From an uncultured virus (IMG/VR IMGVR_UViG_3300007512_001367) (lineage: Duplodnaviria; Heunggongvirae; Uroviricota; Caudoviricetes), in the IMG/VR virus record IMGVR_UViG_3300007512_001367, positions 62,001 to 117,806 of that record: a DNA stretch of 55,806 nucleotides; one strand, given 5' to 3'. Below, piece after piece: positions 47,954 to 55,806 of the stretch. Under the pieces are notes generated by a model. It was not told the origin of the DNA. It saw only the letters and a list, made by a program, of their open reading frames with translations, and searched no databases. A program made the position numbers and the translations under genes. Every line of letters begins with the position of its first letter. Position 1 is the stretch's first letter.

Positions 47954-47961
47954 TATTTATA
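47954..47961 (-). promoter_or_regulatory. T4-type late promoter TATAAATA
   Basis: Exact T4 gp55 consensus. TAA(A/G)TA core also precedes genes at 1804, 4665, 9716, 15529, 16990, 18673, 25878, 27060, 28201, 31558, 33225, 38455, 43278, 47752, 49622. Confidence 0.75.
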
Positions 47962-47964
47962 ATT

Positions 47965-49611
47965 CTATCTTACCACGGTATAAACCTTGATAGGTTCGGT
48001 CTTACCTTTGACGGTAATGCTGTCGATATATTCAAACGGAAATATATGTTCAATACCTTTCATAGTATTCTCTGAAATTACCAAAGTTTTGCCTAATGTT
48101 TTACTTGAGCTTTCTAAACGTGATGCAAGGTTAACAGCATCACCAATTACAGAGTAGTCAAATCTTTGATCAGAACCCATATTACCTACAAGTGCTTGAC
48201 CTGTGTTAATACCTATGCCTATGTTAATTTCAGGTAATCCTTCTGCAGTTAATTCTTCATTTAATTTTACTAGTTCTGTTTGCATCTGTGACGCTGACAT
48301 TACTGCTAACATTTGATGATCTTTTACATCAAGTGGTGCATTCCAAAATGCCATAATGCAGTCTCCCATAAACTTATCTACGGTTCCACCATTAGCAATT
48401 ATAACGTTTGTCATGCGTGTTAAAAATCTATTAACAAGTTTTGTAAGTCCTTCTGGATTGCCTTTATATTTTTCACTTATAGGTGTAAAGCCACGTATAT
48501 CTGAAAATAAAAATGTCATTATTTTTGTTTCGCCTCCTAGTTTTAATAAAGAAGGATTTTTTTGTAATTTTTTAACCATTCTAGGATCTAGGTAGTGTTC
48601 AAATTGTCTTTTAATTTGTAATTTTAGTCTGTTCTCACGTGCAAAGTTATTGTATATTAAATGTCCCCAAACTATGGTAACAATTACAACAGGAGTTAAC
48701 CATTCTGTAAGATATAATTTTGTGTTCCATAGATAGGCACTTGCTCCAAGTACAATACTTAGATAAACTATGATAGGTATAAAACTCCATAGGACGCCGA
48801 GTCGTGGAATAATAATTAGGAATATTATACCTCCTATAATAACAAATGCCCATTCTACTTTCTCTAGCCAATCCGGTCTACTAATAAAATTTTGTGATAA
48901 TAATGTTTCTGTACCAATAGCCATAATCTCATGAGTGTTTTTTAAACCATTAGGCGTAGTAACGAATGTTGATCCTTTAAATGTAGTTCCAATGAATACA
49001 ATTTTGCCCTTCATTTTTGACCAGTTACTTTTGTCTGTATAATCTATTCGTGGAATATGATGTCTAAAATCTAACCATATTTCGTTTTTTGCTTTATTGT
49101 AATATTGAATTGTTTCTAATATAACAGCAGGAATTGACCTATCAAGTGGTAGTCTTCTTATAGTACCATCTATGTCAATAGGTACACTTACATTACCTAC
49201 CGCCCGGGCTTTTCGTTCAATGCTGAGTAAGTTTTTAACATCGTCGGTCTCGGTAAGAATAACTGGATATTTTGAAATCATTTTAAGAAACATTTCGTCT
49301 CCGCCTAGTCTATCTTTATGTGCAAATACGACTTGTAAGACTACCAGAGCGGCACCACTCCGATAAGCATTAACTATTGTCCGTCCTAAAATATCACGTT
49401 TCCATGGCCATTGTCCTTGTTTTTTTAGAGCTTCGTCAGATATATCTAACAAAATTAAACTCTTTGAGTCAAAGTGTTGTCCAAATTTTTGATAGGAATC
49501 AAACGTTGTCAGTTTTGCTGACTGAATAGGTGTTGGGTCTGCCCATTTTATGAATAAAAGGATCATCAAAGTGACACAAACCGCCCAGGTGCTTGTTAAA
49601 ATTTTCGACAT
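47965..49611 (-). CDS. CHASE2-domain class III adenylate cyclase, short sensor
   Basis: GQWPWKR CHASE2 motif, three TM helices, FSDIRGFT, DKFMGDCIMAFW, GDAVNLASRLES. Confidence 0.93.
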   Translation of the reverse strand: MSKILTSTWAVCVTLMILLFIKWADPTPIQSAKLTTFDSYQKFGQHFDSKSLILLDISDEALKKQGQWPWKRDILGRTIVNAYRSGAALVVLQVVFAHKDRLGGDEMFLKMISKYPVILTETDDVKNLLSIERKARAVGNVSVPIDIDGTIRRLPLDRSIPAVILETIQYYNKAKNEIWLDFRHHIPRIDYTDKSNWSKMKGKIVFIGTTFKGSTFVTTPNGLKNTHEIMAIGTETLLSQNFISRPDWLEKVEWAFVIIGGIIFLIIIPRLGVLWSFIPIIVYLSIVLGASAYLWNTKLYLTEWLTPVVIVTIVWGHLIYNNFARENRLKLQIKRQFEHYLDPRMVKKLQKNPSLLKLGGETKIMTFLFSDIRGFTPISEKYKGNPEGLTKLVNRFLTRMTNVIIANGGTVDKFMGDCIMAFWNAPLDVKDHQMLAVMSASQMQTELVKLNEELTAEGLPEINIGIGINTGQALVGNMGSDQRFDYSVIGDAVNLASRLESSSKTLGKTLVISENTMKGIEHIFPFEYIDSITVKGKTEPIKVYTVVR

Positions 49612-49621
49612 AATAGTACAA

Positions 49622-49685
49622 TATTTAAGTGCATATAAATTGGTTAAGATATTACATAAATATTATGGTAAAAGAATTTTAGGAG
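49622..49685. promoter_or_regulatory. Divergent control region with TAAATA on both strands
   Basis: TATTTA 49622-49627 (toward the cyclase), TAAATA 49657-49662 and AGGAG 49681-49685 (toward csgF). Confidence 0.6.
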
Positions 49686-49689
49686 AAAA

Positions 49690-50142
49690 ATGCGAATTTT
49701 AACGACAATATTACTATTTTTATTCATGATAACTGGGTCAAACGCCAGTGAAATCACTTTTGACTTTGACAGTCCATCTTTTAGTGGACAGGGCAAAAGT
49801 TCACATTATTTGACCATTGAAAACATAGAAAAAACAAGAAAAGATGCTATAAAAGCCGCTGATAAAGCCGCAAAAGAAAAAGCAGAACAAGATGCAAAAA
49901 ATACTGCGGTAGCAAAATTCAAAGCAAACTTAGAATCAAGATTTTATACGGCTTTAGCAAAACAAATTACAACAAACGTATTTGGTGCTGACGGCTTACA
50001 ACAAGATTCAGGAACATTTACATCACCTATTGGTGGAGAAGTTGTAACTTGGACAACGCCTTCAGGTACTGGTAATGTTACAATTACTGTTACTGAAACA
50101 GACGGAACTGTAACATCATTTACTATGCCGAAGGAAGACTAA
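49690..50142 (+). CDS. csgF: Curli assembly protein CsgF-like
   Basis: Signal peptide then SEITFDFDSPSFSG, resembling the CsgF N-terminus; ITVTETDGTVT at the C-terminus; precedes csgG. Confidence 0.8.
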   Translation: MRILTTILLFLFMITGSNASEITFDFDSPSFSGQGKSSHYLTIENIEKTRKDAIKAADKAAKEKAEQDAKNTAVAKFKANLESRFYTALAKQITTNVFGADGLQQDSGTFTSPIGGEVVTWTTPSGTGNVTITVTETDGTVTSFTMPKED

Positions 50143-50147
50143 TAATA

Positions 50148-51401
50148 ATGTTTAAAAAATTAGCAATTATATTTCTAGCAACTTTATTTCTGGCTAGTTG
50201 TGCTGGTAAACCAGACTTCGATTACAGAACTCAAAAGCCTGCGGCAAAAACATTTATTGAGGTTCCTGAGTTAGATGGCGATCCAATTATAATTGCTGTC
50301 TATGATTTCTTAGATATGACAGGGCAAAAGAAGCCAGGTGGCAATTTTGCTTCAATGAGTACAGCAGTAACTCAAGGTTCATATCAACTTTTAATTAAAG
50401 CATTACAAGATGCTGGAGAAGGCAAATGGTTTAGAGTTGTTGAAAGAGCAAGTCTACCAAGCCTATTACAAGAAAGAAAACTTATTAGATCAACAAGACA
50501 AATGGCAGATGGTGATCAAGCTGAACCATTACCAGCATTATTATTTGCAGGTGCATATATTACAGGTGGTATAGTAGGATACGATTCAGATACTAAATCA
50601 GGTGGTATAGGTGCAAGAATTTTAGGCGTACAAGCCAATACACAATACAGACAAGATGTAGTTACTGTTATTTTAAGATTAGTAAATGTGCAAACAGGTG
50701 AAGTTGTTATATCAACAACAATTGAAAAAACAATATTCTCAACAGGAACAGGTGGAGATATATTCAAGTACTTTGATGCTGATACAATGTTATTAGAAAC
50801 TGAAATTGGAGTAGCAAGAAACGAACCAGTTACTTTTGCTGTGAGAAAAGCAATTGAAGCCGGTGTTGCAGAAATTATACAAGTAGGTGCTAAAAAAGAA
50901 ATATGGAAAATTAAACTACCACCGGAACCAGTACTACCAGAAGCAGTTGAAGAGTCAGATGCAGAAGTTGTTACTGAAGAAGAAGTAAAAGTAAATTTAG
51001 AAGTAGAACAAACAGTAGTAAAAATTAAAACAAGAGAAGAATACCTAGCAGAAAAGAAAGCTAAAAAACTTGCATTGTTAGAAGAGAAGAAAGCTAAAAA
51101 AGAAGCCTTGAAGGCAGAAAAGTTAGCTAAAAAAGAAGCATTGTTGGCTAAAAAACATTTAAAGAAAGTTCAAAAGAATGAATTAGCTTGGTATAATAAA
51201 GCTAACAGTACAGATTTTAAAACTTGGGATGAATATCAAGACCATTTAAAAATGTTAGTAGCATTTGATTTAAAAGAAACAGAAAAAGAAATACGTAAAG
51301 CAAAAATTCAAACAATTTTAAATGATCAGAAAGCCGCATTGGAGGTCGCAGATGAGAGCGTTATTATTGAGTCTAATACTGTTACTAGCAACAACGATTA
51401 A
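50148..51401 (+). CDS. csgG: Curli secretion channel CsgG-like lipoprotein with long charged C-terminal extension
   Basis: Lipobox LASC, AVYDF.D.TGQ.K, STAVTQG, WFRVVER..L..LLQER..IR, GGIVGYD, NEPV. Confidence 0.92.
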   Translation: MFKKLAIIFLATLFLASCAGKPDFDYRTQKPAAKTFIEVPELDGDPIIIAVYDFLDMTGQKKPGGNFASMSTAVTQGSYQLLIKALQDAGEGKWFRVVERASLPSLLQERKLIRSTRQMADGDQAEPLPALLFAGAYITGGIVGYDSDTKSGGIGARILGVQANTQYRQDVVTVILRLVNVQTGEVVISTTIEKTIFSTGTGGDIFKYFDADTMLLETEIGVARNEPVTFAVRKAIEAGVAEIIQVGAKKEIWKIKLPPEPVLPEAVEESDAEVVTEEEVKVNLEVEQTVVKIKTREEYLAEKKAKKLALLEEKKAKKEALKAEKLAKKEALLAKKHLKKVQKNELAWYNKANSTDFKTWDEYQDHLKMLVAFDLKETEKEIRKAKIQTILNDQKAALEVADESVIIESNTVTSNND

Positions 51402-52440
51402 TTGTTATGCGAGTAATAAAGTCTTTATAACACAAATTGATCAAGAAAATGGTTCAGTCTATATAAAACAAGACGGATTAAACAATACGTTTGGAAGAAG
51501 CACAGATAATCCTTTTGTAATTGACGGAAATAAAATTACTATTATTATTAAACAAATAGGTAATACAAACGTAACAGATTATAATGGTCACTTATCTTTT
51601 AAAGGTACTAATATGACCTTTGATTATACAGCAATTGGTAATTCTAATAAATTAAGACCTGACATAGATGACGTTAATGCTACAGGTTTTTATTTAGATC
51701 ATGATATTACAGGTGATTCAAACGTAGTAGACTATGATACTTGGTCAGACTCTACAACAAATTTCAATGTTGACTTAGACATTTATGGAGATTCAAATAC
51801 ATTTTGGGTTCAGAATAGAGGTGACAACCATTTCTTATATGTTCGTATGTCAGGTGACTCAAATACTGTAGAATGGTACAGTTCAACAGATTCAGAAGGA
51901 TTTAATACAAATGCAAATAAGGCAATTGGTCCACAAACTGCTTCGCATAGTCAGTTTGCAGATAGTTCAGGTAGCGAAGGTGCAAGTGCAGATATTTACA
52001 TAGTAGGAAATTCAAATGTAATACACACTTCATCATATGGTACAGGCAACTATCAACTTCACGATTTTATAGGTAATTCAAATCTTTTAGATATTCACTC
52101 TAGTTACACTGGTTCTGATACAGACCCTTATGGAGATTCAGCAATAATATCAGGCGATAACAATTGGTTGAGAACAATAATAAATGGTGATGATAATACA
52201 ATAAGACTTCACATGGCAGGTGGTAATAATACTGCTAAAATTTTTCTTTATACAGATGATTCAGTAATAAACTTTGCTCAAACAGGTGGAGGTAATGATG
52301 GTAAGGTTACTATAACAGGTGATAGCATTTACGACTATACATTAAATTTTACACAAGACGGTTCAGACACTTGCGTATATTCATACAACAGGAATACTCA
52401 ATCAGCTGATGTAACTGCTACTGTATCTAACGGGTGTTAA
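51352..52440 (+). CDS. Secreted curlin-like beta-solenoid repeat protein
   Basis: GGAGG SD before ATG 51352; signal peptide; roughly 23-aa periodic G(D/N)SN / Q.G..N repeats. Confidence 0.75.
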   Translation: MRALLLSLILLLATTINCYASNKVFITQIDQENGSVYIKQDGLNNTFGRSTDNPFVIDGNKITIIIKQIGNTNVTDYNGHLSFKGTNMTFDYTAIGNSNKLRPDIDDVNATGFYLDHDITGDSNVVDYDTWSDSTTNFNVDLDIYGDSNTFWVQNRGDNHFLYVRMSGDSNTVEWYSSTDSEGFNTNANKAIGPQTASHSQFADSSGSEGASADIYIVGNSNVIHTSSYGTGNYQLHDFIGNSNLLDIHSSYTGSDTDPYGDSAIISGDNNWLRTIINGDDNTIRLHMAGGNNTAKIFLYTDDSVINFAQTGGGNDGKVTITGDSIYDYTLNFTQDGSDTCVYSYNRNTQSADVTATVSNGC

Positions 52441-52442
52441 TC

Positions 52443-54653
52443 ATGAAGAAGTTCTTCTTTGTGGTATCCTTTTTGATACTATTTGTTACAAATGCTTTAG
52501 CTGTAACTGTAGGTGAAGTTAAAGACAAAATGGGTTCCACGTTTAATGAACGTGGCGGAAAAACTTATAAAGTTGAATCAGGTTATCTTTTAGAAATGAA
52601 TGACTTTCTCCAAACTGGAGAAGATGGTGCTATGAACATTGTGTTTGTAGATGAAACAAAAATTACTCTTGCACCTAACACAGAATTTTTAATTGATGAA
52701 TTTGCTTTTGACACAACAGTTGTGCCAATAGAAATTGCAATGAATGTATCGGTTAACGTAGGAACGTTTACTTACGAGTCTGGCGAAATTTCTAAAATGA
52801 ATGGTGATGTAGAAATTGCAACGCCAACAGCAACAATTACAGTACAAGGTACAGCATTTTCAGGATCAGTATCAACAAGTGGAGTTACAACAATTACATT
52901 ACTTCCGGATTCTTCTGGGCAAGTAGGAAAAGTTACAGTTTCTAATGATGCAGGTTCTCAAACAATAACCCAAGTATATACATCAGTAACAGTTATTAGT
53001 GATAGCCTAGTACCTAGAGCACCATCTCCATTAGATAATCTTCAGAAAAAGAATTTATTTGATTTAGATAGTGTTGAAGACGGTATTGAAGATAAAAATG
53101 ATCTTCAATTTGATAGAAAAGAAAATAACGAATTTTTAGAAAACGAAAAAGAAATGTTTGAATCTAACGAGTTGTTAGAGCAAGAATCTTTAGAAATAGA
53201 AATGGATGCCAAAGAAGCCAACGAAATGGAAGAACAAATTGTATCAGAGGAATTAACAATTGAATCAGACACATTAACATCAGACACTACGGTGGCAGTT
53301 GAAGATTTTACAACACAATCAAGTGAAATAGATACAAGTTCTACTCAAGATATAGTAATAGATGAAGTAGTAGAATCAGACATAGATACATCTTATTATG
53401 ATTCATGGGAAGACGATTTAAAAGATTGGGGTTATATTGATGACGACAATCAAATATCAGTGTGGGACGCTGAAGGTGAACAAACTATGGATTGGGATGA
53501 TGCTAAACAGATGTATGCAGAAATGGATCAAGCATACTTTGACGCAATAGGTTGTTCAGATTGTACGTGGGACACAATTAATTGGGATTCTATAGATTGG
53601 GATGAAGTTGATTGGACTGCATACATGGAAGAATATAACGACTTATTAGAAGATTATGGATTGACGGCTTATGATGCCGTAGTAGAAGATAAATCTGAAG
53701 AAGTTGAAGAAGAAGCAACATCTACAATTGAAGGATATACTTGGGAAGATTTTAAATTAGATGACGAATATTATGCTAACTCAGATTACATAGCAAATGG
53801 CGGCCCACCAACTTTAACAATAGAAAATTATTGTAATTACAATGGCTATGGTAGTGATTGGTGTACTCAAGAATATTTAGATTACTTAAATGACTGGTAT
53901 ACAGATGACTGGAAGTTGTTTAAAAATTATACTTCATGGACACCAGAAGCTAAATCACTTTTCAAAAAATGGTATGGCTGGTGTTGGGTAAGCAGTTGGA
54001 CTTGGGAATTTTGTGAAGGTCAACCCTATCCTTGGGATATGCCAAGTTTAAAAGACAAGTATATTGCGGATTGGACTTGGGACGATTGGGATACATTTTA
54101 TGATTGGACTTACAACTGGTACTACTATGGTGAGTATGAAGAAGATGATGGTTCAGTAACATTAGAAGAAGAGTATGCTTACGAAGATGATTATGATCAA
54201 GATTTAGAATTAGAACTATGGTTAGCAGATATTGATAACGAAGAAGATTGTCTTAATTGGGGTTACTATTGGGACACTGCAAATTCAGCCTGCGGTACAG
54301 AATGGGTTGACAATGATGCTGGAACAACAGTAACAACAAGTGGTGAAGTTATTAACTATGAAACAGGAGATATTACTCAAACAACAGTTACAACAGATGG
54401 TGTCACAGGTGCAACTTCATCATCAACTGCAACAGGAAGATATACAACTGGTAGTAATACAAACGATGCCACTGCTAGTACAAGTGGAAACTATTCAATT
54501 GTAAACAGAACGCATGGTGGTCATACTGCATATATAAAATCTGAAACGGCGGACTCTGCAGACATTCAAATAGTTCAAGATTCAGAAACTCAAAATATAA
54601 CAATTGGTACAGATTCTACTAAACCTGAAGTAACTATAATTCAAACAGATTAA
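52443..54653 (+). CDS. FecR-domain exported protein with acidic Trp-rich insert
   Basis: D.LQTG.DG...I.F.DET.I.L.PNTE..ID and TPTATI.V.GT.F FecR motifs; signal peptide; C-terminal VTIIQTD. Confidence 0.85.
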   Translation: MKKFFFVVSFLILFVTNALAVTVGEVKDKMGSTFNERGGKTYKVESGYLLEMNDFLQTGEDGAMNIVFVDETKITLAPNTEFLIDEFAFDTTVVPIEIAMNVSVNVGTFTYESGEISKMNGDVEIATPTATITVQGTAFSGSVSTSGVTTITLLPDSSGQVGKVTVSNDAGSQTITQVYTSVTVISDSLVPRAPSPLDNLQKKNLFDLDSVEDGIEDKNDLQFDRKENNEFLENEKEMFESNELLEQESLEIEMDAKEANEMEEQIVSEELTIESDTLTSDTTVAVEDFTTQSSEIDTSSTQDIVIDEVVESDIDTSYYDSWEDDLKDWGYIDDDNQISVWDAEGEQTMDWDDAKQMYAEMDQAYFDAIGCSDCTWDTINWDSIDWDEVDWTAYMEEYNDLLEDYGLTAYDAVVEDKSEEVEEEATSTIEGYTWEDFKLDDEYYANSDYIANGGPPTLTIENYCNYNGYGSDWCTQEYLDYLNDWYTDDWKLFKNYTSWTPEAKSLFKKWYGWCWVSSWTWEFCEGQPYPWDMPSLKDKYIADWTWDDWDTFYDWTYNWYYYGEYEEDDGSVTLEEEYAYEDDYDQDLELELWLADIDNEEDCLNWGYYWDTANSACGTEWVDNDAGTTVTTSGEVINYETGDITQTTVTTDGVTGATSSSTATGRYTTGSNTNDATASTSGNYSIVNRTHGGHTAYIKSETADSADIQIVQDSETQNITIGTDSTKPEVTIIQTD

Positions 54654-55806
54654 TTTTTAATTGTATAAACTTTAATTTTTTCAGTTTTGCCTTTAACTGT
54701 AATGCTATCTATGTATTCAAAAGGATAAACTGTTTCAATGCTGTGTCTAGTGTCTTCACCTATTACTAGTGTTTTGCCTAATGTTTTACTAGAGCTTTCT
54801 AGTCTACTTGCTAAATTTACAGCATCTCCAATTACAGAGTAATCAAATCTTTGTCTAGATCCCATATTACCTACAAGTGCTTCACCTGTGTTAATACCAA
54901 TTCCTATATTAATTTGAGGTAGTCCTTCAGCAACTAATTGTACATTTAATAATGCTAATTCTATTTGCATTTCAATTGCACTTTTAACTGCTAGTTGTCT
55001 GTGTTTGTTATTATCCAATGGAGCATTCCAAAATGCCATTATACAGTCGCCCATAAACTTATCTATTGTTCCACCATTTTTGATTATAATGTCGGTCATG
55101 CTAGTTAAAAATCTATTAATAAGTTTTGTAAGTGCTTCTGGATTACCTTTGTACTTCTCACTAATAGGTGTAAATCCTCTAATGTCTGAAAACAAGAAAG
55201 TCATTGTTTTTGTTTCTCCACCTAGTTTTAATAGTGAAGGATCTTTCTGTAATTTTTTAACCATGCTTGGATCTAAATAATGTTCAAATTGTCTTTTAAT
55301 TTGTTTTCTTAGTCTACTTTGTGTTGCAAAATTATTGTATGTGCTATGCGACCAAATTAAAAATATGTATAATACTGCAAATGAAGGATCTATTAACCAA
55401 CCTTTGTTTGCATAAGCCATAAATGATGCATAACTTATTCCACCTAATACAAAAACTAATAGTGGAACAGAAAATAATACTGATACTCTAGGAATTAATA
55501 CTATCATTAATAATCCTAGTAAACCTATAAACAAAATTTCATATGTATCTGCCTGTGGAAGTCTAGTCAAATATTTTCCTGTTAGTAATGTATCTAATGC
55601 TTGAGCAGTAATTTCTTGATCTGTGGTTAATCCAAAAGGTGTATATTTTAATACACTTAATCCTGCGGCATCTAATCCTACAACTATTATTTTTCCTTTA
55701 ACTGTATTTGCATCAAATTCAGAACTTAAAACATAGTCAGCAGATACGTGATTATATTTTTTTGGATTTGCATAATTTATATACATTTCTGCATTATGAT
55801 TTACAG
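54650..55806 (-). CDS. Second CHASE2-type class III adenylate cyclase (5' end beyond window)
   Basis: KGKIIVVG..A.GL....TP, three TM helices, FSDIRGFT, DKFMGDCIMAFW, NLASRLES; frame open to the window edge. Confidence 0.93.
   Translation of the reverse strand, partial: VNHNAEMYINYANPKKYNHVSADYVLSSEFDANTVKGKIIVVGLDAAGLSVLKYTPFGLTTDQEITAQALDTLLTGKYLTRLPQADTYEILFIGLLGLLMIVLIPRVSVLFSVPLLVFVLGGISYASFMAYANKGWLIDPSFAVLYIFLIWSHSTYNNFATQSRLRKQIKRQFEHYLDPSMVKKLQKDPSLLKLGGETKTMTFLFSDIRGFTPISEKYKGNPEALTKLINRFLTSMTDIIIKNGGTIDKFMGDCIMAFWNAPLDNNKHRQLAVKSAIEMQIELALLNVQLVAEGLPQINIGIGINTGEALVGNMGSRQRFDYSVIGDAVNLASRLESSSKTLGKTLVIGEDTRHSIETVYPFEYIDSITVKGKTEKIKVYTIKN

Noticed and set aside
862..49366. Numerous plus-strand ORFs of 60-166 aa in the ORF track
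   Set aside because: They lie antisense to well-supported minus-strand genes and have no motifs or SD; only 35115..35393 occupies its own gap
47965..55340. Cyclase duplication as a DGR template/variable repeat pair
   Set aside because: Both copies are intact coding sequence, differences are mostly synonymous and not adenine-specific, and no reverse transcriptase is in the window
1..55806. Stop-codon reassignment, CRISPR array, tRNA/rRNA genes, introns or inteins, transposases
   Set aside because: Standard code gives near-complete coding coverage with TAA, TAG and TGA all used as stops; gaps are short; no spaced repeats or splicing motifs were seen by eye
1..55806. Interpretation as a bacterial chromosome segment because of clpA, purF, def and csg genes
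   Set aside because: These genes are interleaved with baseplate/fibre, lysis and gp44-like genes and share phage late-promoter motifs

Overview
AT-rich, gene-dense segment, almost entirely on the minus strand, of a large T4-like (myovirus-type) dsDNA phage. The host is probably a marine alphaproteobacterium such as SAR11, but that is inference. Phage hallmarks: gp44-like clamp loader, baseplate/tail-fibre genes, an M15 endolysin with a spanin pair, and recurring TAAATA late-promoter motifs. Host-like accessory genes include sod, clpA, def, dnaJ, groES, iscA, queD, purF, HIT, SET and radical SAM genes, plus a sugar-modification island. Most notable observations: (1) five proteins in the first 4.7 kb start with peptides resembling the T4 capsid-targeting sequence, suggesting enzymes packaged in the head and injected; (2) an inverted csgF-csgG-curlin-like-FecR cassette is flanked by two paralogous CHASE2 adenylate cyclases; (3) an uncalled SutA-like small ORF; (4) many promoters sit 5-8 nt from an ATG, implying leaderless mRNAs; (5) a stand-alone fragment of a family C DNA polymerase. 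All calls come from motif recognition by eye; no searches were run.
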